A stretch of DNA of 64,000 nt from NCBI RefSeq assembly GCF_963921235.1, contig NC_086098.1:9052001-9116000 (forward strand). Reading direction: 5' to 3'. Positions 38,709 to 51,657 of the stretch are shown here, one piece after another. Under the pieces are notes generated by a model, which made no database searches, was not told the origin of the DNA, and worked only from the letters and a program-made list of their open reading frames with translations. The stretch's first letter is position 1; each line of letters begins with the position of its first letter. A program made the translations under genes and the position numbers. This stretch comes from Mobula hypostoma (lineage: Eukaryota).

Positions 38709-39114
38709 CACACGTCTCTGATCCTATATCCTGAGGCGTTGTGCTGTAGTTCTAGACACCACTGATAGAGGTAACAACTTCTCACCGTCTACCAGCTCAA
38801 CCTTAAAATCTTGCATCTCAATGAGATCACCACTAATTTCTCTAATTCAAGATTCAAGATTGTTTAATGTAATTTCCTATACACAACATTGCATAACTGT
38901 ACAAGGTATTTAACCATCTTTCCTCTTGGATGCTCCCCTCAATCCAGGAATAGGTTGTGTAAGTAATTCTAATACTGGGCTGTTATAGCAGGTAATTAGC
39001 CAAAACTGCAAGTCACAAAGTGCCAAATAAAATTTCAGTCTTCAGAGAGAATTTGAATACCTAGTAATAGATTGTCAGGCACTGAATAACAGTTCAGTAC
39101 TTACGATTTAGTTA

Positions 39115-39115
<1 letters not shown>

Positions 39116-39163
<48 letters not shown>
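39116..39163. repeat. Compound (GT)n(AT)n microsatellite
   Basis: Seen directly. Confidence 0.95.
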
Positions 39164-39949
39164 GGAGTTAGAGTGTAGTACACTTATGCTACCATATAGG
39201 CATGCATTATCAACAAAGGTACGTGGGTAATTTTCGAGGCAATATTTCTTTCATCCTCCACTTATGAAACCTAGCAGATGTGTTAAGTGATTAACACCTC
39301 TAATACCTGCGTGTTGTGACATAGCGTATTGGTGTGTGGTTGTTGATCTATTTTGCAGACTTGCTTTTCAGAAACTTGCTTACGTCATCTGTTTTTGTTT
39401 GAAAGTCTCTATTCATACAGACAAAATTGCCTAATATCGATAAAAAATGTACAGGCTTGTTTATTGTTCAATAAAGGTTATTTTTTCTCACATTCTCACA
39501 GCATGCCTTAATTAAATAACCTTTTGATCTGAGCTCAATTTAGCAATTAAATGCCTGAAACTATGCCATCTTTGTAAAATAATGCAAATAATCTTTTGGG
39601 AGATTAATGGTGTTATATTTATTAACTGGTATTGTACGTGCAATTTTGAAAAGTTGTATGTAAAAAGAGGAAAATTTTGAAAAGTCTCAGTTGATACGTC
39701 ATGAACTTGAAATGGTATCTCTGGTTCTCTCCCTGCGGATGCTGTCTGGTATTTTCTGTGTTTATTTCAGATTACAAAAGCTTTGATATTTTGCTTTTCT
39801 ATTAAATTCTTCATGTTTAGGCAGGATGGAGTTGGAAGTTATGGAGTTGAACTTATTTTTAGGCTTTTCCTGTACCTAGTTTTGTTGTCAATTTGAATCA
39901 GACTGGGAACTACAATTGTGCAGATGATTCAAAGTTCAGAATTTGCAAA

Positions 39950-40467
39950 TGTACATTCAGGTACCTAATAAAGTGGCCACTGAGTGTGTGTTCATGGTCT
40001 TCTGCTTCTATGGTCCATCCATTTTAAGGTTCGATGTTTATGTGTTTAGAGATGCTGTTCTCCACACCACTGTTATAGCACATGGTTATTTGAGTTACTG
40101 TCACCTTGAACCAGTCTGGCCATTCTCCTCTGAACTTTCTCATTAACAAGGCATTTTCACCCACAGAACTGCCTACTCACAGAATCCTTTTTTGTTTTTT
40201 GAACCATTCTCTGTAAACTCTAGAGATGTGTGTGAAAATTGCAGGAAATCAGCAGTTTCTGAAATACTCAAACCATCCCGTTTGGCACCTAGAATCATTC
40301 CATAGTCATAGTTGCTTATGTCATATTTCTTTCCAATTTTGATGTTTGGTCTGAACAACCACTGAATCTCTTGACCATGTTTGCATGTTTTTATTCATTG
40401 AGTTACTGCCACATGATTGGCCGATTAGATATTTACACATTTATAATACATTCCAGCCACTGAGTGT
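39950..40467 (-). mobile_element. Second copy of the Tc1-derived element
   Basis: Colinear with 21231-21737; ORF 40173..40358 (KKYDISNYDYGMILGAKRDGLSISETA). Confidence 0.8.
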
Positions 40468-41747
40468 ATATGTTCATAGATAATAAATTTATTTGATCGA
40501 TGAAAAGCTTGGAGATGGGAAACAGAAAGTAATGCATAATAGTAATAATGTAATTGGAGTGGAATGATAAAGCATATGCAAAATATCAGCCATAATATTA
40601 TTCAATGGCTGTATGGTGAACTATTGGTTCTAGTTCTTGCAGTTATCCATTCTGTCAGAACTCCAGAATGCTCGTATATTAAGTGGAAATGGATCCAGAT
40701 CTGTGATGTTCTGGGAACAACAATTGCTGATCTTGATTATAATAAGGTGTTAAAAGGAACCAAGGCATTTTGCTGAGATTTTTCAGGGACAGTGCATAAA
40801 GCAAAGGTTTTCTACCTCATTTTCCAATCTTTAGTTCAAATGTGATACTGGTAAAAATCTAGGAAATGGAACATCTCACCATAGAAACTCAAATAAAACT
40901 GAAATAAATTTTTCTGAAAGCTATAAAGGTAATTTTTAGAACAGTGAGATTGTACATTTTATGTCTCTAGGCTGACGTTACTTGAATTAATTTCTCTGGA
41001 TCTCTTTTGAATGCTCCTGTTTCTATGACTTAAATTTGTGAAACGCACTTTCAACGTAATCCTCTGCACCAGTTGGAATCACTCTACATGTGTCAGCTAT
41101 ATCTAAGATACATTTTGTTGCTTTATTGTAAAATAATAAAAAATTCCATTCATTCCTAAATCTTGTCCCCAAAATTAAAATATTTGCTTCCATCTGTACA
41201 AACAAAATCCATTACATCTTGTATATCCTTGGGAACTTGAAATCAACAACTGCCCCTGCAGATTTATGCTGAGGTAGGGATTTTGAATTAAAGAAGATAT
41301 AGGTATGAATTTTGCAGTCTCTGGCAAAGTGATAGCACTTGTAACTTACAGCAAAGAATGTTTTACATAGATCCAATGAGTAGTATTGCATGCCTTTTAC
41401 CTTTTTTGGTTTGAGGTAAAGCATTATGTCAGTCTGATCCCTGGAGTCCAGCACCAGTCATGATACAAATCAGGCTTGGCTATCGATTGTGTAGGAGCCA
41501 TGTATCTGTTTTCTATGTGCAATGTATTCAGTATTGCACCTTTATTATGTTTATTATGGTAGCTAATCATTTGGGGGGGGTGCATTGTGTAGTGAGGAGA
41601 ATAAGTCGAGTGTCATATCTTTTGTTGACTGCTTAACTTAGCTAAATTAAACTGAATATTGTTAGTTTTAGTTTCATTTCATCAATTCAAGATTGTATGT
41701 TTTGCTAGATGCTAATAGGGATCGAATACATTTCTTCGTCTTTTTAG

Positions 41748-41929
41748 AATCTTGTTATTGGATTGATCAGAAGGCACGTTGTACAGGATAACAACCCTTG
41801 TGAGATCTCCAGCAGCGACGTTGGTTTGTTCAAGTTTCTGCTACAGATTGTATTAAATAATGTCAACAGATGGCATCTCAGGTGGTAAAATTACAAAAGT
41901 CTGGCAGGTTATGAAGTAAAAATTGGCAG
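41748..41929 (+). other. Candidate internal (5' UTR) exon
   Basis: Branch-like gctaat, then tttcttcgtctttttAG acceptor; CpG-retaining unique sequence; possible donors after 41907 (CAG|GTTATG) or 41929 (CAG|GTGCGC). Confidence 0.4.
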
Positions 41930-42941
41930 GTGCGCATGAGATTAAAGTAGAAATTGGAATATCATAAATCAATTAAAATATTTTCTTAATTTAAGAAGTG
42001 CTGAATTTTGAAACAGTTATTGGAGGAATTGACACCCTCCAAAGAAGTGTTTCTTAAGGGGAGAAAATATGTTGCGTTTCTAAAATATCACTTAGACCAA
42101 TTACTATAAAGCATAGTATTTCCAGGGAAGTTTCTAACAGGAGTGTATTGTAAATATCTGAATTTCTTGTCAGTTCACTGATTTCTGTTGATATCCAAGG
42201 AGAAAGTTGCAAAATAGCACACCCTTTGGACTTGCGTCAGTGAGGATAATTCCACTTTCCTGTATTGGATTGCATGTGTGCATATTCCAGAAGTTGGTAC
42301 CAGATTCTCTCTATTATGATGGTGAACACTGAGAGCTTCATTGTTATTTTAAGGGTTCTATGTATTCTAAGCAATTTGTGTCCTTAAAGTGATATATAAC
42401 TTTTCACATTCTGAACGGAATCATTAGTTTGGTGTCTTTATCAGGCACTAACTGTCTGTTAAAATTATCTAATAGACATAGAAATGTTCAGTTTAGATAC
42501 TGTTACACTTAGTAAGAAAATTTAACCAAATTTGTATTACTGACTTAGAGTTCAGTTGTGAAATTTGTGCACACTCTTTCCTGATCATTAAAGGCTGGGG
42601 AATTGTATTGTGTCCATATCATGGTGTCACCGATTAGCTAATGCACATAAGAGACTCCTCGGGAATGCACTGGTATGAGCACAATTAAAGCATTCCCGCG
42701 CTGAATACTGTCTGGGACACTCAGTCGTAGAGAGGTACCTTATAACCCATATCGTGGATCAGCAGCTGAATGCAAAGGAGGTCCATAAGTAAAACTTGGC
42801 TCATTTGCAATGTAACTTTTAAGAGCTCATATTGTATTTCTTTCCAACAAAATTGAGGCCTCTAATTTAGACCTAGGCTAATGCAGTTTTTATTGGCAGC
42901 AAGGATGAAGGGAAGTTAGCACAGTGGGAAAAAAAGAAAAC

Positions 42942-43232
42942 ATTAATTAATTAATTAATTGAGATGCAGTGTGGAATATGCCCATCCAGCCCTTCAAGCC
43001 GCACCACCCAGCAACCCCTGATTTAACCCTAGCCTAATGATGGGACAGTTTATAATGACCAATTAACTCACCAACCAGTATGTCTTTGTACCGTGGAAGG
43101 AAACCAGAGCACTGAGAGGAGACCCACGTGGTCACAGGGAGAACATACAAACTCCTTACAGGTAGCAATGGGAATTGAACCTGGGTCATCATACTGTAAA
43201 GCGTTGTGCTAACAACTACCCTACTGTACAAT
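42942..43232 (-). mobile_element. V-SINE/HE1-like SINE
   Basis: Same family as 34208-34520 and 63568-63748; (ttaa)n tail. Confidence 0.8.
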
Positions 43233-44490
43233 GGGACTGAAAGGCAGATATTCCCAGGGTTCTAGGACATATCCCGTAGATTGGAAAGCAAAATATGTAA
43301 ATAACTATTTAAGGCAGGAGAGTGAAGAAGTAGTTAGTCTGTCATCAGTTGGAAAGAAAATGCTGGAATGTATTATAAATGAAGTTAACAAGGCAAAGTA
43401 ATAATAAGATTAGATAGAGCCAGTATGAACTTATGAAAGGGAAATTATGCTTGACCAATTTGTTAAAATTAGTAGAATGGAGAAGGATAAGCTAGTTGGT
43501 GAGGTTAATTGGAGTTTCAAAAGAGGTTATCAAATAAAATTAAAGTGTATTGCATATCCTGACATGAATTGGCTATTTATTAATAGACAGTACACAGAGA
43601 ATAGAAGTAAACAGGTCATTTTTAGCTTGAAAGGCTATGACAATACAATAGAGATCTGTGCTGGGGCCCCAGCTACTCTCAATCTCTTATCATTGATTTG
43701 GACAACAGACCAAGTGTAATAAATCCACGTTTGCTGGCAGTAGAAGCTGGAGTTGCAGTGTTGGCTGCAAGGAGAACACAGATAGGCAAAGTGAATTAGC
43801 AAGACTTGGCAGGTGGAATGAGATATGGTAAAAATATGAGATCATCTCTAGTAGAAAAGAACATTCTTTGTGTGAGGTTGAAAGGTGTTGGTCTTCAATG
43901 GAACTTGGAGATTTTTGTACTTGAAATGCTGAAAGTTTACATGCAAGTTGAGTAAGTGGTATGCTTTCTATGTTGTAAGGGTGATTTGAGCTCAAGTCTT
44001 GCTCTGTATAGGCACCTAATGAGACTGCTCCTGAAGTATTCTGTAAAGGGATTCATCAAAGGTTCACCAGATTTGGTAGGCTGTTTGTATACATGCAATA
44101 CATAGAATACGTAGACTGGGTCTATACAGTCACGATTTTAGAAGAATGGGAAGTGATCTCATTCTGAATTAGCCTATCACAGTAGATGCATGGATGATGT
44201 TACCCCTGCTTCATACGTCTAGAACCAGACGTCATAGTGTCCAAAACAACACAGAGTAGGGATGAGAATAGGATGTTTCTAGGGAATTCTCTGTCCAAGA
44301 AGGTTGTGGAAGTTCAGTCGGTGAATATACTCAAGGTTAAAAAAAATCAGTAAATGTTTTGTTATAAAGTGAATGGCTTTGGTGCGGGAAAACGGACTGA
44401 GATAAAATAGTAGTCACGACCTAGTGGAATAGTGAGTAAGCATAATGACTGAATGGCCAGGTACTGTTCTATATCATATGTCCTTAAGAC
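43233..44490 (+). mobile_element. Very old CR1 remnant
   Basis: Patchy similarity to CR1 RT and 3' UTR (gaagaatgggaagtgatctcatt, gactgaatggcc). Confidence 0.55.
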
Positions 44491-44918
44491 ATTATAACAA
44501 GAAGCATGCTGTATTTCACTCACTTTGTGTTGAATATTTAAATAAGGTACGCTGTCTGTTAAGTTTATTTTTCTAATCCTGTGATGAAGTAAGAGTGATC
44601 ATAAATTGGACAACCACAAATTTCAATATCAATCATATTCCTGTAAAGATAACCACGAAACAAGTAACTCTGCTGCTTTTATCTTTTCCCCTTAATATCT
44701 AAATGGTGCTAGAATGCGACCGCAAACCCCTAAAGGCTTCTCTGAAGTATTCAAATATGAACATTTGCTGGACATTAATTCATCTCATTTCTGGGAACTG
44801 ATTTGTTTTGCAGAATGCTTATTGTTTCTGTGATTGAAAACTTACAAAGGGTGAGATGACTTTTCTGGGAGGACTGACTTCAGTTTAATTTTCCTACAAA
44901 CATAGTAAAATGAAAGGT

Positions 44919-46407
44919 AGACACGAGGAAATCTGCAGATGCTAGAAATTCAAGCAACACACACAAAAAATGATTCACAGGTGAAGTGTCGCCTCACCTG
45001 GAAGGACTGTCTGGGGCCCTGAATGGTGGTGAGGGAGGAAGTGTAAGGGCGTGTGTCGCACTTGTTTCGCTTACATGATTAAGTGCTGGGAGGGAGATCG
45101 GTGGGAAGGGATGGAGGGACGAATGGACAAGGGAGTCGCGTAGGGACCGTTCCCTGCGGAAAGTGGGGGGGGGGAGGGAAAGATGTGCTTAGTGGTGGGA
45201 TCCCGTTGAAGGTGGCGGAAGTTACGGAAAATTTTATTTTGGACCCGGAGGCTGGTGGGGTGGTAGGTAAAGACAAGGGGAACCCTATTCCTAGTGGGGT
45301 GGCGGGAGGATGGGGTGAGATCAGATGTGCGTGAAATGGGAGAGATGCGTTTGAAAGCAGAGTTGATGGTGGAGGAAGGGAAGCCTCTTTTTTTAAAAAA
45401 GGAAGACATCTCCTTCATCGTGGAATGAAAAGCCTCATCCTGAGAGTAGATGTGGCGGAGACGGAGGAATTGCAAGAAGGGGATGGCATTTTTGCTGTAG
45501 GGTTCGGTCCCTACGTGACTCCCTTGTCCATTCGTCCGCCCCATCCCTTCCCACCGATCTCCCTCCTGGCACTTATCCTTGTAAGCGGAACAAGTGCTAC
45601 ACATGCCCTTACACTTCCTTCCTCACCACCATTCAGGGCCCCAGACAGTCCTTCCAGGTGAGGCGACACTTCACCTGTGAGTCGGCTGGGGTGATATACG
45701 GTGTCCAGTTCTCCCGGTGCGGCCTTCTATATATTGGCGAGACCCGACGCAGACTGGGAGACCATTTCCTTGAACACCTACGCTCTGTCCGCCAGAGAAT
45801 GCAAGATCTCCCAGTGGCCATACATTTTAATTCCACGTCCCATTCCCATTTTGATATGTCTATCCACAGCCTCCTCTACTGTCAAGATGAAGCCACACTC
45901 AGGTTGGAGGAACAACACCTTATATTCCGTCTGGGTAGCCTCCAGCCTGATGGCATGAATATTGACTTTTCTAACTTCCGTTAAGGCCCCTCCTCCCCTT
46001 CACACCCCAGCCTTTACTTTTTAATTTTATATATCCCCCCCCCACGCCTTTTTTCCCTCTCTCTTTTTTTTCTCCCTCTGTCCCTCTCACTATAACTCTT
46101 TGTCTGCTCTCCACCCTCCGGGCTCCCCTCCCCACTTCTCTCTCTCCCCAGGCTTCCTGTCCCATGATCCTCTCCCTTCTCCAGTCTGGTATCCCTTTTG
46201 CTAATCAACTTTCCAGCTGTTAGATCCGCCCCTCCCCTCCTGTCTTCTCCTATCATTTCAGATCTCCCCCTCTCCCTCCTACTTTCAAATCTCTTACTGT
46301 CTCTTCTTTCAGTTAGTCCTGACGAAGGGTTCTGGCCCGAAACGTCGACTGTACCTCCTCCTATAGATGCTGCCTGGCCTACTGAGTTCCACCAGCTTTT
46401 TTTGTGT
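44919..46407. mobile_element. Penelope-like element with inverted 5' segments, GIY-YIG endonuclease and hammerhead-bearing terminal repeat
   Basis: ORF 45658..45984 (GVIY...CGLLYIGET.R.LGDHF.EH...PVA.HFN); RT C-terminus on - strand (45071..45604); 14-bp TSD gtaaaatgaaaggt at 44905-44918 and 46408-46421. Confidence 0.9.
46315..46350 (+). ncRNA. Minimal type I hammerhead ribozyme motif (PLE type)
   Basis: AGTC-CTGACGA-A-GGGT tct GGCCC-GAAAC-GTC^GACT: helix I AGTC/GACT, helix II GGG/CCC, loopless palindromic helix III (ACGT). Confidence 0.7.
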
Positions 46408-47384
46408 GTAAAATGAAAGGTGTTCACAGTTCACACATTATGGCGATCAAAATTAAATAGAAGTTGTCTGTCTTTTTTATTGTAAAAGTATTTGGTGATT
46501 TTTATCCATTCTGTGAGTTGAGACAGGTCACTTCCCACATCCTGTCTCTTACAGATACGAAAGCAAAAATAAAAGAATTCTCAATGGGTCAGGCAGCATC
46601 TGTGAAGTGAAGCACATTAGCGATTTGGATAAATGACCTTTTATCAAAACCAGTGTTTATGCAAGTATTGTTTTGTGAGCTTACATTGGCTTTCCATAAA
46701 TAAACATTTAACTCGTCCTTATTTACATTTACTTCCAGTCTCATCCTACACTATGTCTGGAAATACCAGGAGTCAGTCCGACATACTAATGACACTTTTC
46801 ACCCCTTCTGACTGCTTACTTGGTATCTTCTTCTTTCAGTGTCAGCTAAAGCTCAGTTGACAGCATTAATGTCTATGAAACAAAAACTCCAAGTTTAAGC
46901 CCCACCTCAGTGGTTAGGCAAGTTGTTAAGTTGATGCCTGTATGTTTTCTTTGGAAGATATGAAAGATTACACGCTTTTATTGCAAAGGAGAAGTGGGGA
47001 ATTATCCCCAATAGCCTAACTAATTTTTATCCCTCAGTCACAACATATCTGAAATAGGTTATTTGATTGTTATCACAATGAAATTTGTGTTTGCCACATT
47101 GTCATTTTCTACATTATAGTAGTACTTCTAATTCAAAAATATTTGATTTTCTCTGAAGCATGTTAGTGTATTCTGACATGAATGTGAAAAGTGTTATACA
47201 AACATAAGTTTTCGGTTGTTTCTAGAGTGCTCTACCTGAACTCCAGATTCTGTTTCCCTTTCATTCGTCTTCTATGCATTGTGTCAAATGAATGAAAAAG
47301 AAAATTATTTTGAATTAGGTATTTTATTTATTCCAGATCTTAATTCAATGCAGTTTAGATGTAGAACAAAATACCTTCATTGTA

Positions 47385-49861
47385 CAGGTATCCCCCGCTG
47401 TACGAAAGTTCGCTTTACGCCACTTGGCTTTTACGAAAGACCTACATTAGTACCTGTTTTCGCTAACCAAAAGGAATCCGAAGAGGATTTTCGCTTTTAC
47501 GAGAAAAGGCGAAAAGTGAAAATAGCGTTCAGCGTTCGTTTTGCAGCGAGCCATTATTGAGGCAAGCGCACACCCCAAGCAACGCTGCCAAGCTCCTTCC
47601 CCGGGAACTACACTCAGCATCCAGCCGCCATAGCTTAGAAACGTGTCTGTGAGCATCTGTGCTTTATCTTGATTTATTTTGTGCATCCGTTAGCAAGCTG
47701 TGTGCTACAGTATCAGAAAAGCCTAAGATAGCTTGTAAGGGTGTTACGCTTAGAGTAAAACTGGACATAATTAAGCATTTCGATTGTGGTGAATGAAATA
47801 AAGACATTGTGCATACGTTGAACTTGCCGGCGTCCACCATTCGTACTATTTACACGTATAGAGAAAGAATCTTGAAAGCTGCCAGTGTTACTATTGGTTC
47901 TGCTAGTAGCAAAGTGGTCTCTTTTAGTTGGCATCCAGTAATGGATAAAATGGAAAGTCTATTGCTTGAGTGGATTGATGGGTGTACAAAGCGTGGTGTT
48001 CCGTTGTTACCTTATACTTAAGGAGAAATCAGTCAGTCTTTTTAATAAGCTGAAACAGCAAGCATTGGACGATGGTGATGAAATTGTTGCGAAAGTAGAA
48101 GTTAAAGGTAGTCATGGGTGGTTTGATCGGTTTTTGAGGTGGCGCAGCTTCATAGTTTAACGCTTGCTGGGAAGAGTGCTTCCGCTGATACTGAAGCTGC
48201 CGAAAAGTTCCCAGCAGAACTGAAGAAAATAATTACAGAAGGTGGCTATTCGTATAAACAAGTGCTTAACTGTGATGAAACTGCAATTTACAGGAAAAAA
48301 ATTGCCGAGCAAGACATTTATTTTGATAGGAGAAAAGCAGGCTAAGGGACACAAGGCATCGAAGGACAGGTTTACCCTAATGCCTATTATTAACACCACT
48401 GGTGGTGCTGTCCTTAAGCCTCTACTGGTGTACCATTCAGAAAATCCGAGGGCACTTAAAGGCATTGATAAGAATACACTTCCTGCTGTGTTTCGTTCAC
48501 ATCCAAGCAGTTGGAATACCCAAGTGACTTTTTCTGAGTACATGAGTGGATACGTTAGTCCTTTTGTTGAAAAATACTGTAGAGAAAATAACCTCGATAA
48601 TAGGTGTCTTGTGATTGTCGATAATTGTGCTGCTCATCCACCTGGCATTACCGAGTATGGCGGTAACATTCGTGTTGTGTTCTTACCGCCGAATACGACA
48701 TCGTTGCTGCAGCCGTGTGACCAAAGCCTAATAGCCACAATTAAGGCTTGCTATATGCAAAATGTGGTGTGTTTTATTGTAAGTACCGTTGACAGAGAGG
48801 GCAACTCCGAAGCATGTTTGCGAGAGATCTGGAGAGACTACAGTATAAAATTGGCGACCGCCAACCTTGGAGATGCTCCCAATAGGCTAACAGTCTCGAT
48901 AAGAAATGGCGTTTGGAGGAAACTGTGTCCCGAAGCAGTGAACGATTTTAAAGGCTTTGAACCAACAACAATAAATACGGCAATAGTGACTTTGGCTAAG
49001 GAGGCTGGGTTTGTGGAAGTTGACGAAGATGAAGTTGATGTTGAAGAGGCTTTAGCATCCCATGACCAAGAACTGACAGGTGAAGAGCTGATGCTGTGAT
49101 CGATGTGGAAGGCTTGAAATACGGCAGTATGCTTGACTGTTTAGCCTCATGCATTTTTCTATCAAACAGTTCTTTGTAAGCATTCAAAACATCCAGCAAA
49201 CCTGCCCTAAACCTACGTGCCCTTTCAAAATTAAAGTCATACTTTTCTGCAATCATTGCAGCACTGTCAATCTTAGCAAAAATCTCATGCAAGTGCTTCA
49301 CCTTCAGTTCCTGGACGACTTCACTTTCAGGCCATTCGCTATTGCGTTCAGTTTCAATTCGTATCCCTTCCTCTTGCGATTCTCGACCTTTGACATCAAG
49401 GCAATAGGCATAGAAGAAGGTGTTGACGTTAGTGACCTGCCTGCCCTGATGGATTCAGATGATGATGAGATGTTAATAGATGACACTCTTCCTCTCTCTC
49501 CTACACCCCAGTCTCCTGCACCTCCCACCACCTCAACCTCTGACGACTCAGCCTAACACACCATCATCAGTGTGCTCGCCGTATTCCCGATTCTGGTAAG
49601 TGGAACTACACTATACTTATGTTATTTCTACTTTATATAGGCTGTGTATTTATCATATCATTCCCGCTTTTACTATATGTTAGTGTTCTTTTGGGTTTGA
49701 TGTGTTATTTGGTATGATTTGGTAGGTAATTTTTCGGGTCTGGGAACACTCAAAAATTTTTCCCGTATAAATTAATGGTAATTGCTTCTTTGCTTTACGC
49801 CATTTCAGCTTAGAAAAGGTTTCATAGGAAGGCTGTACTTTCGGGTAGTGGGGGAAACCTG
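47385..49861 (+). mobile_element. Tigger/pogo DNA transposon, full-length but inactivated
   Basis: TA TSDs; imperfect TIRs CAGGTATCCCCCGCTGTACGAAAGT / CAGGTTTCCCCCACTACCCGAAAGT; HTH (KGSHGWFDRF), NCDET, DNCAAHP, FLPPNTTSLLQPCDQ. Confidence 0.92.
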
Positions 49862-49992
49862 TACCTTGGTTCCGGTCGGGTTGGTTCCTTTCATATTTTT
49901 CCATTTCAGCCTCAGTGAGATTGCTGATTTCAAGAAACTTCGAATATACTTGTCCGGATGCTCAAGTCCACCCTAACCAGCAAACCGAGGAG

Positions 49993-50728
49993 AATAGAAC
50001 ATAGAAATCTACATGTTGTGTTGAACATGTATCCTACTCTAGAAACTGCCTATAATTACCCTACTGCATAGCCCTCTATTTTTCTAAACTCCATGTACCT
50101 GTCTAGGAGTCTCTTAAAAGACCCTATTGTATCCGCCTCCACCACCATTACCGACTGTGCATTCCACGCACCTACCACTCTCTGTGTGAAAAAACTACAA
50201 CTGACATCGCCTCTGTACCTACTTCCAAGCACCTTAAAATTATGTCCCCTCGTGTTAGCCATTCCAGCCCTGAGAAAAAGCCTCTGGCTATCCACACGTC
50301 AATGCCTCTCATCATATAATACACCTCTATCAGGTCACTTCTCTTCCTCTGTCACTTCAAGGAGAAAAGGCCAAGTTCACTCAACCTATTCTACTAAGAC
50401 ATGCTCCCCAGTCCTGGCAACATCCTTGTAAATCTCCTCTGCACTCTCTCCATAGTATCCACATCCTTCCTGTAGTGAGGCGACCAGAACTGAACACAGT
50501 ACTCCACGTGGGGTCTGACCAAGGTCTTATATAATTGTAACATTACTTCACGGCTCTTGAACTCAATCCCATGGTCGATGAATGCCAACACACCATACAC
50601 CTTCTTAAAAACACTATCAACCTGCGCAGCAGCTTTGAGTATCCTACTGACATGAACCCCAAGATCTCGCTGATCCTCCACACTGCCAAGAGTCTACCAT
50701 TAATACTATATTCTGTCCTCAAATTTGA
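49993..50728 (-). mobile_element. CR1 3' fragment
   Basis: ORFs 50056..50295 and 50394..50681. Confidence 0.9.
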
Positions 50729-51657
50729 ATGTCATGCCATGATTCTGTGCTTTAAATCCACGTCCACAAAGTTGCATATTTAGCAACAACTTACGATAGC
50801 TTTTAACTCTTGCAAAAATTTGCTTATGTATTTGAGTTCAATGGTAATGGGTATTGGAATAAAATCTGTTTGGCAAGGTGGCTGCATTGTGGTGTAGTTT
50901 TATTTACATTGTAGGTGTGCTTGCTGTAGTATCTGCAACATCTGTTTGAAGTAGATTACCACAATCTTGAAAAATTACTAATTAAAGTTAATTAACTGGC
51001 ACTGCTAATCAGTTCTCAACTGTGTATAACAGTACCACTAATTAACTCACACACAGTTATTTCAGATCCAGTGTTTTATTTTTGGATTTATTACCAAATT
51101 GCTGCTGCAGTTCTTACAAAGATTAATTGGAAGTATAGGATACAACAGATGTATTTTTCACAAAATGGTAATTGAAAGTTTAAATGTTTCTCTTCCTCAA
51201 TCAGTGATGCCATCCTGAAATGAGTACTGTCTATGCCTTCAAAAATTTAAAAAAACACAAACAAAGAGAATTAATATATTTTTTCCCCATTTGCACTCAA
51301 TTTTATTGTCAGGCACCATCTCATTTCCATGTACTTCGGAGTTGATGGTCTCATTGAAGAAATGGATTGGATAAGTTTGACTCCAGCTATTTGATTCAAC
51401 TTACAAAGGTGAAGTGACAAAGTGGTTGCTTGTGGAAAAAGGTTTGAATAAACTGGAACTATACAGTTTTAACAGAGTGAGGGAAAACATTCTGAAAGGA
51501 CTTGAGAAGATAAATGTGAGATCTTTCTCCAGTGGGGAAAATAAAACTAGGAACATAATTTAGGATGAAAATGGCTACTTAAAGTGAGGAGGAATTGCTT
51601 CTCTTTTAAGTATTGTGAATTTTGAAAAATGATCTAGTGCTTTCCTGGCATATATTA

